DNA of 64,000 nucleotides from Verrucomicrobiota bacterium (GTDB lineage Bacteria > Verrucomicrobiota > Verrucomicrobiia > Limisphaerales > AAA164-E04), in assembly GCA_047947115.1 (NCBI GenBank), contig CP170459.1:1184001-1248000 (forward strand). Direction: 5' to 3'. A program made the position numbers and the translations under genes. The notes beneath the pieces were generated by a model. The model worked only from the letters and a program-made list of their open reading frames with translations. It was not told the origin of the DNA and did no database searches. Of this stretch, positions 48,840-58,719 are shown in pieces. The stretch's first letter is position 1. Each line of letters opens with the position of its first letter.

Positions 48840-49652
48840 ATGGCGGACAGAGATAAAACTTATATTCATTTGACATCGCATGCACATGAGCAGTCCTGGA
48901 AGACGGAGGTGATCGCCGAGTCTTCGAGTTGGATTTGTTTTAACAAGCATACGCATCTGGGGACGGAGTATGATCATTACCATCAGGATCGTCCTCATAT
49001 GACCGGAATTGTGGAGAATGACCTGACTCGTGAAGCTGGTTGGATCCAGGAGCGGGGGATCACCTGGTTAACTCCCGTGCATACCTTGGATTTTGAGACC
49101 ACGGGTGCCAGTCTATGGGCCAAGAATGAGAGTGCCGCGGAAAAGTTGAAGAATGTTTTTCATTCCGAACAACCGAATCGCATTTATCAAGCGTTGATCC
49201 ATGGTAGTCCTGAGGAAGATGTGTTTGAAATTGATCTGAAACTGGCTGCCCGTCCTTTTCAACAGTGGTTGATGAAGGCTGATAAAACAGGGAAGAAATC
49301 TCTCACCCAGTGTGAGACCATTGAACGTTTAAAGGCTTATACGCTGCTGCGATGCAAACCGGTTACTGAGCGGCATCATCAGGTGAGGGCGCATTTGGCT
49401 TGCCGCAAACACCCTGTTGTGGCGGATGCTTCTTATGGTGGGGACGTATTGATGCTTTCGGAACTCAAACGTAATTATCGGTTCAAAAAGGATCGTCCGG
49501 AGAAACCTCTTATGGATCGTGCGGCGATTCACCTTGAGCAACTGCGGTTTCCAGATCCGGACACCGGGGAGGAGATTTGTTTAATTGCCCCGATGCATCG
49601 GGATTGGGAGGTGGCTTTCAAGTATTTGAAGCAGTATGCTCTTGTTCACTGA
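48840..49652 (+). CDS. RluA-family pseudouridine synthase, divergent
   Basis: VHTLDFETTG (HRLD-like), HHQVRAHL, PVVADASYG, AIHLEQL.F. Confidence 0.75.
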   Translation: MADRDKTYIHLTSHAHEQSWKTEVIAESSSWICFNKHTHLGTEYDHYHQDRPHMTGIVENDLTREAGWIQERGITWLTPVHTLDFETTGASLWAKNESAAEKLKNVFHSEQPNRIYQALIHGSPEEDVFEIDLKLAARPFQQWLMKADKTGKKSLTQCETIERLKAYTLLRCKPVTERHHQVRAHLACRKHPVVADASYGGDVLMLSELKRNYRFKKDRPEKPLMDRAAIHLEQLRFPDPDTGEEICLIAPMHRDWEVAFKYLKQYALVH

Positions 49653-49666
49653 TTGGCGGTTGTTTT

Positions 49667-49900
49667 TTGAACCGCAGATGGCGTAGATTTTCGCAGATAT
49701 AAGGGTTTGCTGACGTTTGTTTTTTGGGTAATGGGGTGCGAGTAAGGTGGGCTTCGGGTGTTGTTATTGGGTTGTATGGACACGCCACCGGACGCGCGGC
49801 AGCGCGTCCCTACCGTTGCGGTGCATCTGAGTTGGTTTGGGTATTGACGGGTGAATCAGTTTAAATCCATCTGCGTTCATCTGCTACATCTGCGGTTCAA
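49667..49900. repeat. Inverted-repeat element containing a GGTAGGG REP
   Basis: 14-bp perfect IR TTGAACCGCAGATG/CATCTGCGGTTCAA with GCAGAT sub-repeats; REP at 49789-49814. Confidence 0.7.
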
Positions 49901-49911
49901 TATCACTCTTC

Positions 49912-51189
49912 TCACTTCAATTTGAAGAATTGCCGGGCGTTAGAGTGGAGGATGCGATTTCCGAGGCGTAGGGCTTCTTTTTCTGTGAAGTAGCCGGAAG
50001 ATATTTTTTCTTCGAATGTTTCGATCATCAATCGACGGAAGGTTCGGAGTGTTCCGCAGGTTTCTTCCACATGCCAGTTGTCGCCGCCCAGCATCATGCG
50101 GCCTTCGTCGGACAGGATCTCGATGGCTTCGTGGAAGGCGGATTTGAAGTGGGTCGGGCTGAGCAACCATGACCAGGTGAGATCGATCCAGATGTTACGA
50201 TAGACAAAGGCGAGTCCCAATAAATCCCGACTCCAGGGATAGGCCAGATGCATGAGCAGGAACCGGGTCCGGGGATGTCGTTCGATGAGCCCGGCGATGT
50301 TCATGGGATGGGAGTCGCGTATGATACCGGTGCCCAAGTGTGTTTGCACGGGGATGTTCATTTCGGCTGCCAGTTTGCAAATGTGATCCACTATGTAATC
50401 TCCGAATGCCAGCCGTTCCGCTTCCTTTGGATTGGTTTTTCCCCAGGCTTGTTTGGCAAGTTGCGCATCGGGTGCTTCAAAGGCAATGGTTCGATCGTAA
50501 GCCAGGGCATTTTTGAAGGCGACCTGTCCTCGTGATTCCATTTGTCTCGCCAGCACTGTCAGGGCTTCGATGTATTCCTCGAATGTGTCGGGTTCCATCC
50601 CTGCTTGTTTCAAGAGTTTTGCCGCCGAATTGCCGTTGTGATCGCGTGCTTCCGGATGCCATCCACAGGCGAAGGCGTTGATGCGCATGACCGATTGGTA
50701 TGATTCGCCCAACGCGTCTTTCGCGACTAGCAGGGGGTTGGTGTAGTCGTCGGTAATGACGCGCTCGACACCTGCTTGTTTCAGTGTGTTTGTTTGAAAA
50801 CCGGGCTGTTTGCGGCTTTGGAGAATTCGGTCATTGAGAGCTTCCCAATTGTCGCGGTCAATATCTGTCCAATCCGGATCACCGTGCACATGTAGTATTC
50901 CGGACACAAGGTTGCGGACAAAATGGTTTGATCTTCTTTCTTCCAGATAAGGAGTCAACGCGTTCCAATCCACCGGAGTCAACGCGGATTCCATCGGAGG
51001 CTCCTCTCTGTTTTCCGAAGGGAGCGGGTAGGGACGTTCAACGGTCCAGCCTGCGTAGCTTTGTTGAAACAGTGTCAGTAAATTGACCTGGTCGGAAAGA
51101 AAGACGGATGGGATGTGGTGTTCATGCACATCCAGCAGCGGTGCTTCGAACAGGGCTCGTTGCCATGCGGGTGAATGGGGTGGAGTCAT
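49912..51189 (-). CDS. Amidohydrolase-family metalloenzyme
   Basis: DVHEH, QTHLG, LMHLAYP, GGD motifs. Confidence 0.85.
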   Translation of the reverse strand: MTPPHSPAWQRALFEAPLLDVHEHHIPSVFLSDQVNLLTLFQQSYAGWTVERPYPLPSENREEPPMESALTPVDWNALTPYLEERRSNHFVRNLVSGILHVHGDPDWTDIDRDNWEALNDRILQSRKQPGFQTNTLKQAGVERVITDDYTNPLLVAKDALGESYQSVMRINAFACGWHPEARDHNGNSAAKLLKQAGMEPDTFEEYIEALTVLARQMESRGQVAFKNALAYDRTIAFEAPDAQLAKQAWGKTNPKEAERLAFGDYIVDHICKLAAEMNIPVQTHLGTGIIRDSHPMNIAGLIERHPRTRFLLMHLAYPWSRDLLGLAFVYRNIWIDLTWSWLLSPTHFKSAFHEAIEILSDEGRMMLGGDNWHVEETCGTLRTFRRLMIETFEEKISSGYFTEKEALRLGNRILHSNARQFFKLK

Positions 51190-51214
51190 GTTCCCTATTC
51201 CGATGCAGGTGAGT

Positions 51215-52468
51215 TCAGTTCTTGAATTTATACAGTTGAGAGATGGTTCTCACATACATTGCTTCCGAATCGAAGGCAGGTGTGGTGTGAGTGGTTGCCT
51301 CGAGTTCGATTCTGTTGAGAATTTTGAATTCCTTGTCTGCGGGTATCACAACGAGTTCGCCAGTCGTCGAGAGGCAGGCTACCTCGTTGCCAACCGCAAC
51401 CGGTGATCCGAAATAGCGGCTGCGGACTCGGTTTTGGTAATGCACTTGCCCGGATGCAGGGTCGACGCAGGAGACGAAGCCTGTGTCACTCCAGAAAAAA
51501 GCCAGATCTCCCACCGCAATGGGGGTGGGCACGTAGTTGGCTTGTCGACGCAGTTCGTAGGCCATTTTGGGTTCGGAGGATGTCGTGCCGGATGGCGGTT
51601 CGATGGCGACCACGAAATTGCCGCCTCCACCACTACCGCAGGAACCAAAGATTTTGCCTCCCGCCACGATTGGCGAGCTGCAGCTTCGTTTGTCAAAGGC
51701 CTTGCCGTAGGTCCACAAGACCGATCCTGTGTCTGGATTTAGTGCGCTGATGCCTTCTGCTTCGCTGTTACAGATCAGTTGGTCATGGCCGGTTGAATCC
51801 GTATAGATGCAGGGAGTGGAGTAGGCAGCTTTGCCGCTTTTGCGGTTCTGGGTCCAGACACGGCTGCCGCTTGCGATGTCCAAAGCCGTCATGAAACTTG
51901 CTCCCATTTGGTCGTTGGCGACGATCAGTTTGTTTTTGTAAAGGATGGGTGACACGCCGACGCCGTGCTGGCTTTTGAAGGGACCGAGATCTTCTTTCCA
52001 CAACCATTCGCCAGCGTGGTCCAATGCTGCTGCGTAGAAATGATCGGGGGTGGCCCAAAGCACATATACACGGTCGGCATCCAAGGTGACGCTGGGAGAG
52101 GCGAAGCTGTTGAAATCGTGTTTCTTGAAGGTTTCATAGTCAATATCCCGCGTCCACAGGATGTTGCCGTTGGCAGCATTGATCGCAAGGATATGGAATA
52201 CGCCGGTGTCTTTGCTCATGCTGGTCAGGAAGATGGTGTCATCCCAGAGGACGGGAGAAGAGTGTCCTTCACCGGGGAGGTCGATTTTCCATACGGTATC
52301 TTTCAGGGTAAGCTGACTTAATTTGACGGATGTTTCAGCGATGCCATTGCCGTTAGGGCCTCTGAACCGGTTCCATGAACTGGCAGCCTGGTTTTTCGGA
52401 GCTTGCCACAAACAGACTGTGCAAAGGCACGCGAGCGCGATCGTTTGAATATGGGAGATCAGCTTCAT
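51215..52468 (-). CDS. PQQ-like beta-propeller protein (BamB-like)
   Basis: Signal peptide, WNRFRGPNGNG, GHSSP, repeated W/SP blades. Confidence 0.9.
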   Translation of the reverse strand: MKLISHIQTIALACLCTVCLWQAPKNQAASSWNRFRGPNGNGIAETSVKLSQLTLKDTVWKIDLPGEGHSSPVLWDDTIFLTSMSKDTGVFHILAINAANGNILWTRDIDYETFKKHDFNSFASPSVTLDADRVYVLWATPDHFYAAALDHAGEWLWKEDLGPFKSQHGVGVSPILYKNKLIVANDQMGASFMTALDIASGSRVWTQNRKSGKAAYSTPCIYTDSTGHDQLICNSEAEGISALNPDTGSVLWTYGKAFDKRSCSSPIVAGGKIFGSCGSGGGGNFVVAIEPPSGTTSSEPKMAYELRRQANYVPTPIAVGDLAFFWSDTGFVSCVDPASGQVHYQNRVRSRYFGSPVAVGNEVACLSTTGELVVIPADKEFKILNRIELEATTHTTPAFDSEAMYVRTISQLYKFKN

Positions 52469-52557
52469 GGCACAACATAGTCACTTCCCTACTTTGGAAA
52501 TCAAGGCAAAACCGCCATTCATGTTTACGAACGGCGGCGTGCAAATTTTTAGAAAAT

Positions 52558-52732
52558 GGAGAGGCAAGCGCCGTCTTGAACCCACTTCAAACCTTGGTGC
52601 ATTCAAACTCTTATCAAGCTGCAATAGAAGTGCTGTGGCAATTCGAATACCTCGGGCTACCCACGTTCCGCCTCTGTTGTTCAGGCAGGATATGAGGAAA
52701 AAGTATGGGCACGAGGTGGAACTCGTCCCTCC
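52558..52732. repeat. Degenerate REP doublet, GGAGGG variant
   Basis: GGGCACGAGGTGGAACTCGTCCCTCC at 52707-52732 with a degenerate partner at 52558. Confidence 0.5.
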
Positions 52733-52775
52733 TGCTTATTCATTGAAACGTGGTTTCACCTCTATTTTCCTTTGA

Positions 52776-53063
52776 TTATTTTTGATCCAATCGTTGCAGG
52801 TCGACGATGGTGGCGCCCCATCCGCCGTTCCACTCGGGGGCTCCTCTGTAGCCGGTGACGTAATGCAGTTTGTCCAGGACGGCATGCACCCCTTTGCGCA
52901 GGGCTCCGGTGCCTTTGCCGTGGATGACCCGGACGCTCAGGATGCCTCGTTCGCGGCAGGCTTCCAGATAGTCGGGAACCAGGTCACCGATTTCGTTGGG
53001 GCGAAAGGTGTGGAGGTCGAGTTCACCGTTGATGGGGATTTCGATGGGATCTTCCGGTTCCAT
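52776..53063 (-). CDS. Stand-alone Smr/MutS2 C-terminal domain protein
   Basis: LDLH, VIHGKGTGALR, GGWGATIV. Confidence 0.92.
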   Translation of the reverse strand: MEPEDPIEIPINGELDLHTFRPNEIGDLVPDYLEACRERGILSVRVIHGKGTGALRKGVHAVLDKLHYVTGYRGAPEWNGGWGATIVDLQRLDQK

Positions 53064-53066
53064 GGT

Positions 53067-55157
53067 TCACAGGTTATCCAGCAGCCAGGCGCGCCGGTGT
53101 CGCACCTGGTTTCGAAAGGTTTCGATGTCGTGTTCCAGTTGATCGGTCGCCCGGGAGCTGTTGGCTGTTTTGAAGGCCACCTCTGGTTTTAATCGTTCTT
53201 CCAGCGCATCGATCACCGGAAACATTTTTTCCGGGGTGAAGGTATGGTCCAGGAGTTCTTTCAACTTCTTGAGGAACAATTGACGAAAACCGGGATTCGC
53301 CAGCAACGGTCCCGAGAGATGCCCGGGGGGACGCCACCAGCCTTGCCCCCCAAATGGACCATAGCTTCTGCGAAATAGACCGCCACCAGGCCGGTCACCT
53401 TCCATGCCGAAACTCAACGGCATTTTGTACCAATCATAATCGTTGGAAGCGCCGTCGTAATCTCCCCAGGTTTTGTCCATGTCCCATGGATACATTTCCC
53501 ATTTTCCGGTGTTGCCGGTGTCATGATAAACAAAGTAGTTGTTGAAAAAACCGTCCCAGTTGGAAATGCATTGGCTCACCGCATAATAAGCAGCGAATTC
53601 CTCCACGTTGAAGTGCTGTTGGATGTAGCGCCATTCCTGATCCCCGTTCAATCGCCCCAACGCCTGGGACAATTTGATGATGTCGTCATGACCTGTGTCG
53701 AGGTTGGTTTTTTTTTCGTGTTGCTGGATGAAGTTTCTTCCATACCAAAGCAGCTTGTAAAGATTGCCCTCGTCGTTGCGTTCATTGTTCCTCAGAAAGG
53801 CTTTGTTGACCTGCTCCACCATGAGTTGGTAGCCCATCCATCGACCGTCCATGCGTAGCCGGTAATGACCGGATCGGGGGGCGGGGACACCTGCCATGCG
53901 GTAAAGTTCGAAGCTGAGGTATTCGGAAAGTGCAAACCTCGGCTTGCCTTCATCGAGCAAATTGATGGTGGTCATTTCCTGAAACGGTTCGCGGCTTTGA
54001 AATCGTATTTTGAAACCACCGCTTCTTCGACTGACACGCACGAAGTCCCGGACCTCGGGAAATTCGCTCCCGACCGGAAAGAACACAAACGTGCTGTTGC
54101 CGCGTGAAGGCTCGGGAACGATGGCACTGGCACGGATGTCGTATTTGCGTTTGGCTTGTTCGGTGCCCGACGGGTTCATGATCATCACATGGGGAATCAG
54201 GCTGTCTGCATGATAATCACTGACGTAAAATGAAAATGCCGGTTTGAGCGATTCCGGTGCCGGATATATGGTCACCGCGTTCTGGGAGTTTTTGACATGG
54301 ATGCGGTATCGGATGAGTTGGTCGGTTTTAAATCCGTTCAGGGTCGACTGATAGATCCCGTTCAATTCATCACCCTCCATGGCGTTCATCGGGACGACCT
54401 GCTCGGGGTTCAAGTTGGATGCGTCCAACACTTGAAACACCAGGGAAACACTTTCGACACCGTTGTCATCATGAATGGCAGCCTTGACTTGGATGGCCTG
54501 GCCGGTGACGGGATGTTCCGGTTCGTGAACGACCTGATCGACTTCCGCAGGCAGGGAGGGCTGGAGTCGATCATTGGGGCGACCCGGCGTTCCGGTGGCT
54601 GTTGTGAGGTCGGGCAGATTGGATGCGGCCCAGTTTCGGTGACCTTCCACAGTCAGTTTGGGCTGGATACGTTCCAAGGACGCCCCGTATCCATCCGGAC
54701 TTTTTGGCCAGGGGGCTTTGTCGGAATATTTGAGTTCGTCGATCACCTGTCCGGCATCGTTGACCAAAGTGATGCGTTCTCCATTGTGTGAGAGTTGCTT
54801 CCCGAATGGTCCCATGGCGGGCAGGTTGTAGTGCCGGGTGAAGGCGGGAACGGATGCCGCGATGACCAGGAAGGATTTGGGTTGGATGTGACTTCCCTTT
54901 GGAAAGGTATAATCGATTCCTCCTTTCAAACGCCATCCTTCCAAATCCAGAGCTTCGTCCTCCAGCGTGCTCATCAACTCCACGTATTGGAGGTCATCCC
55001 GGGCGAGTGGGGGATGGTACATCACCTCATTGATCACCACGTTTTGCCCGAGAGATTGCCTTTCGCCAACGAACACCAGACAAACGATCAAAATGAGCAA
55101 ACCGTTGACATTTGAAATAAAAGGTATCGGATGCTTGGCGGGATCAATGGGTTGCAT
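53067..55157 (-). CDS. Lamin-tail-domain + CotH kinase protein
   Basis: VVINEVMYHP, DGYGASLER (LTD); NWDGFFNNY, PWDMDKTWG (CotH). Confidence 0.88.
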   Translation of the reverse strand: MQPIDPAKHPIPFISNVNGLLILIVCLVFVGERQSLGQNVVINEVMYHPPLARDDLQYVELMSTLEDEALDLEGWRLKGGIDYTFPKGSHIQPKSFLVIAASVPAFTRHYNLPAMGPFGKQLSHNGERITLVNDAGQVIDELKYSDKAPWPKSPDGYGASLERIQPKLTVEGHRNWAASNLPDLTTATGTPGRPNDRLQPSLPAEVDQVVHEPEHPVTGQAIQVKAAIHDDNGVESVSLVFQVLDASNLNPEQVVPMNAMEGDELNGIYQSTLNGFKTDQLIRYRIHVKNSQNAVTIYPAPESLKPAFSFYVSDYHADSLIPHVMIMNPSGTEQAKRKYDIRASAIVPEPSRGNSTFVFFPVGSEFPEVRDFVRVSRRSGGFKIRFQSREPFQEMTTINLLDEGKPRFALSEYLSFELYRMAGVPAPRSGHYRLRMDGRWMGYQLMVEQVNKAFLRNNERNDEGNLYKLLWYGRNFIQQHEKKTNLDTGHDDIIKLSQALGRLNGDQEWRYIQQHFNVEEFAAYYAVSQCISNWDGFFNNYFVYHDTGNTGKWEMYPWDMDKTWGDYDGASNDYDWYKMPLSFGMEGDRPGGGLFRRSYGPFGGQGWWRPPGHLSGPLLANPGFRQLFLKKLKELLDHTFTPEKMFPVIDALEERLKPEVAFKTANSSRATDQLEHDIETFRNQVRHRRAWLLDNL

Positions 55158-55188
55158 AAAAAAAATATCAGCAAAAAAGAGGTGGAAA

Positions 55189-55887
55189 TCAAGGTTGGTT
55201 TCCTTCGGGCAACGGTTCGTTGCGCCAGAAATCCATCACTGCCCACAAATTGACGGGTGCGACGGATTCGCCTTTCTTGAGCATGCGCACGCTCCCGTCG
55301 GCAAATGCATAGTTGGAACCTCCCGAATTCCGGTTGCCGCCTGTGCGGTGGCGGTATTGTTCGACTTCTTCGATATCGTTGCCTCTTCCTTGATAAAAAT
55401 CCATGTGCACATGCGGGGAGTCACTCGCTTTTTCCCCAAAAATGATGGTTACCGAAGGATGTGGAATAGCGGTCATTTTCATGCCATGAGGCCAGAGACC
55501 ATTGGTGAAATTCATGAAGTTTTCCTTGTTCAGAGTCATGCGGAAATAGTCATTCCAGCCGTTGATCAGGTAGCTGCGATCCGACATGAACTTGTCGGCT
55601 GGGCATTCCAATAGTTTGCGATCAATGTAGTAAGGTTGGAGTTTAAACATCCAGTTGCTCTGAAAAATCCGGGTGACAGGCGGGCATTCATTGTCGAAGT
55701 CGTCCGCATACATGGTCAGGGCCATGGCGAGTTGACGCATATGATTGACGCATTTAATGCGATTGGCTTTCTGTTTGGCGGAAGATAGAGCGGGCATGAG
55801 GAGTCCGGCCAGGATGCCGGTGATGGCGACCACCACCATGAGTTCAATCAGAGTAAAACCAAGCCGTTTGGATGTTGGGGCATGCAT
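55189..55887 (-). CDS. Prepilin-type N-terminal cleavage / H-X9-DG (DUF1559-like) protein
   Basis: GFTLIELMVVVAI, C.NHMRQL, RH...SNYAFADGSV. Confidence 0.9.
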   Translation of the reverse strand: MHAPTSKRLGFTLIELMVVVAITGILAGLLMPALSSAKQKANRIKCVNHMRQLAMALTMYADDFDNECPPVTRIFQSNWMFKLQPYYIDRKLLECPADKFMSDRSYLINGWNDYFRMTLNKENFMNFTNGLWPHGMKMTAIPHPSVTIIFGEKASDSPHVHMDFYQGRGNDIEEVEQYRHRTGGNRNSGGSNYAFADGSVRMLKKGESVAPVNLWAVMDFWRNEPLPEGNQP

Positions 55888-56079
55888 GATGAAATCTTCT
55901 CTTAGAGTCATACACCATCGGCTGTGTTCGGTTTCATTTTTCACAACTTGTCCATGAGGCCACCTTTCTTGCTGCAAATGAGGACAATATCAGGCATTCA
56001 ATACTTTTCGATTGCTTTGTCTTTCCTGCGAAACCCATATTGGTTCTCGATACGGGGCGTAATTCAAAGAAGAAGCATC

Positions 56080-56430
56080 ATGTTCATTCTATTTGCTCAA
56101 GCAGCTTCAGTGACTGGCGACGGATCATTCAGCGACCTGTTGTTCTATCAATTAACCGGTTTTATCATCGTTCTTTCCGTGCTGTGCTCGCTTTGGCTGG
56201 CGGTGTTCGTCATGGGGAAACTGTTCCGGATCCTCAATTTGAAAGATCCTGTACCTGAAAACTCTCCAAAGCCATCTGTTGCTTCAAAAGCCCCCTCAGT
56301 GTCCCCTGCATCAACCATGCAAGTGACGCCTGAATTGATGGCTGTCGTTGGTGCCGCTCTACATACGGTCATTCAGGGGCCATTCAAAATTGTTTCGGTT
56401 GAGGAATCCAAAACCCCACCCAAGTGCTAA
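56080..56430 (+). CDS. OadG-family Na+-decarboxylase gamma/delta subunit
   Basis: Single TM, Pro/Ala-rich linker, ELMAVVGAA; located before the biotin carrier and beta subunit. Confidence 0.78.
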   Translation: MFILFAQAASVTGDGSFSDLLFYQLTGFIIVLSVLCSLWLAVFVMGKLFRILNLKDPVPENSPKPSVASKAPSVSPASTMQVTPELMAVVGAALHTVIQGPFKIVSVEESKTPPKC

Positions 56431-56472
56431 CCTTATCATTTGTCAAACACCGCATTTCAAACCTTCCAGCAT

Positions 56473-56826
56473 ATGAAGAAATTAAGAGTCACCGTCGAGG
56501 GAAAATCATATGACGTTACCGTGGAGTTGTTGGGGGATGCTGAGGCTGTCCCCGCATCCGGGGCTTCCACAGCTCCTGCTCCTTCCGCCCCCGTTCCGGT
56601 TGCCGGCGTTGGTGAGGATGTGCCAAGCCCGTTGGCTGGCAAGGTAGTCAGCATCGGGGTCCAGATCGGGCAGCAGGTGAAGGAAGGAGACGAACTCATG
56701 GTGCTGGAAGCCATGAAGATGAACACCCACGTTTACTCACCCGGCTCAGGCACACTCACCGGTATTCTGGTTCAGCCGGGAGATAACGTTGAAGAAGGCC
56801 AGTCTCTCGCCACATTGGAGTGTTGA
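56473..56826 (+). CDS. Biotin carboxyl carrier protein
   Basis: LRVTVEGKSYDVTVE, Ala/Pro linker, EAMKM biotinylation motif. Confidence 0.93.
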   Translation: MKKLRVTVEGKSYDVTVELLGDAEAVPASGASTAPAPSAPVPVAGVGEDVPSPLAGKVVSIGVQIGQQVKEGDELMVLEAMKMNTHVYSPGSGTLTGILVQPGDNVEEGQSLATLEC

Positions 56827-56870
56827 TTGATCTGCGATGAAACAATTTTTATGACAGAATACATGTCGTT

Positions 56871-58100
56871 ATGATAGAAAGTATTACGAGTTTTTTGCAG
56901 CTTACGGGTTTCAGCTTGATTTCCTGGCAGATGATGGTGATGTGGGCTGTGGTGCTGGTGTTGTTTTATTTCGCGATCTATAAGAAATTCGAACCCTTGT
57001 TGTTGGTTCCCATTGCTTTCGGTGCCTTGGTGGCGAATTTACCCACCCGGGGGATCATCAGCTTTCAACAACAGGCTGATGGTTCTATTCAATCCGGAGC
57101 CATTCACATGGAAGCCACCGTCGAAACTGTTGAAGGGGGGGCGGGTGTCAGTAAATATCATATACATAAAATTGAAGGCGGCCTTTTCGATCTGATCACC
57201 CAGGGGGTCAAGCTGGAGTTATTCCCCCCATTGATCTTTCTTGGAGTGGGGGCCCTGACAGATTTCGGCCCTCTGATTGCCAATCCGCGTACCTTGCTCC
57301 TGGGGGCAGCAGCTCAATTGGGGGTCTTTTTTACCTTTCTGGGGGCCTCTTTTCTGGGGTTCAGTACGCTCCAGTCTGCATCCATTGGAATCATTGGCGG
57401 TGCAGACGGTCCGACCGCCATTTTTACCAGCAACAAGCTGGCGCCTGAGTTGTTGGGACCCATCGCCGTGGCTGCCTACAGTTACATGGCGTTGGTGCCC
57501 TTGATACAACCGCCGATCATGAAACTCCTGACGACGGCGAATGAACGAAAAATACGCATGAAATCTCTGAGGAAAGTCTCTCGTTTGGAAAAAATCGCCT
57601 TTTCCATCGTTGTGACCATTGTTTGTGTCATGCTTGTTCCGGATGCGTCACCGCTGATTGTGATGTTGATGCTCGGTAATTTTATCCGCGAATGCGGAGT
57701 GACGGATCGACTTCTCAAAGCCGCTCAAAATGAAATCATCAACATCGTTACCATTTTCCTCGGTGTCAGCGTGGGTATTACGATGAGGGGTGAGCAATTC
57801 CTTCAATGGGAAACCATCAAGATCATTGTTCTGGGTGTGATTGCTTTTTCCATCTCCACCGCCGGGGGGGTCCTGATGGCCAAGGTGATGAATCTTTTCA
57901 GCAGGGCTAACCCCATTAATCCGTTGATTGGATCAGCTGGGGTATCGGCCGTGCCAATGGCGGCTCGTGTTTCGCATGTGGAAGGACAGAAATATGACCC
58001 GGGCAACTACCTTTTGATGCACGCCATGGGGCCCAATGTGGCTGGGGTGATCGGATCGGCTGTCGTGGCCGGTTATTTCATATCCACTCTGGCCAACTGA
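56871..58100 (+). CDS. oadB: Na+-translocating decarboxylase beta subunit
   Basis: EPLLLVPIAFG, IGIIGGADGPT, GSAGVSAVPMAARV, HAMGPNVAGVIGSA. Confidence 0.95.
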   Translation: MIESITSFLQLTGFSLISWQMMVMWAVVLVLFYFAIYKKFEPLLLVPIAFGALVANLPTRGIISFQQQADGSIQSGAIHMEATVETVEGGAGVSKYHIHKIEGGLFDLITQGVKLELFPPLIFLGVGALTDFGPLIANPRTLLLGAAAQLGVFFTFLGASFLGFSTLQSASIGIIGGADGPTAIFTSNKLAPELLGPIAVAAYSYMALVPLIQPPIMKLLTTANERKIRMKSLRKVSRLEKIAFSIVVTIVCVMLVPDASPLIVMLMLGNFIRECGVTDRLLKAAQNEIINIVTIFLGVSVGITMRGEQFLQWETIKIIVLGVIAFSISTAGGVLMAKVMNLFSRANPINPLIGSAGVSAVPMAARVSHVEGQKYDPGNYLLMHAMGPNVAGVIGSAVVAGYFISTLAN

Positions 58101-58154
58101 TGCCCGGGTGAGTTTTTGGAATAAGCCATTCCAATTTGGATGGATAGTTGAAAT

Positions 58155-58257
58155 GGTAGGGAACCGCTGCCGCGGGTCCATGAGCGCGTTGTGGGGTTCG
58201 AAGGATTTGAAGCGATGAACAGACACAGTAGCGGACGCGCAGCAGCGCATCCCTACC
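58155..58257. repeat. REP doublet (REPIN-like), GGTAGGG family
   Basis: Same two arms as 16240-16393 in opposite orientation with a shorter spacer. Confidence 0.8.
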
Positions 58258-58291
58258 ATACATAAAGCCTTCGTGGTGAAAATATATCGTC

Positions 58292-58582
58292 CTACTCCTT
58301 GCCATCCCGCACGCGTTCTTTCTTTTCGTCCCGCTCGGATTCAAGCGCCTTGCGTTCGGTCGCAATCTGGCGATTCAGTGATTCGTAGGCGTGCATGTCG
58401 CCGGCCTGAAGTGCCTTATTCACTTCGCCCTTGAGGAAAATTTCTTTCTCCGCGATTTTGGCTGCATACTTGGAGTCCAGTTCGCCGAGTTTGGCCTTTT
58501 GCTCTTCGGTTAACTGGGTGATCGGGTTTTCCTTGTTCAACCGCTCCATGGCTAGTTCGTATGCTGATTTCATGGAGAGCAT
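58292..58582 (-). CDS. Hypothetical coiled-coil protein
   Basis: MKSAYELAMERL N-terminus, charged helical sequence. Confidence 0.75.
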   Translation of the reverse strand: MLSMKSAYELAMERLNKENPITQLTEEQKAKLGELDSKYAAKIAEKEIFLKGEVNKALQAGDMHAYESLNRQIATERKALESERDEKKERVRDGKE

Positions 58583-58656
58583 TTCGTAGCCAAAGCGACA
58601 TCAAAAACAAGCGAATTATTTCAATTCCATCAAATGGGTGATGGAAGCACAAAAAG

Positions 58657-58693
58657 AAAAAAGCCGCTCCAAGCGATCCGGAGCGGCTTTTTT
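58657..58693. terminator. Rho-independent terminator after xylA (bidirectional)
   Basis: AAAAAAGCCGCTCC-N9-GGAGCGGCTTTTTT. Confidence 0.9.
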
Positions 58694-58719
58694 GGAAAGA
58701 AATGATCGAATAAGCAGTA

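Noticed and set aside
16240..58257. CRISPR interpretation of the recurring 27-bp palindromic sequence
   Set aside because: Copies are dispersed and inverted rather than tandem with spacers, and there are no cas genes
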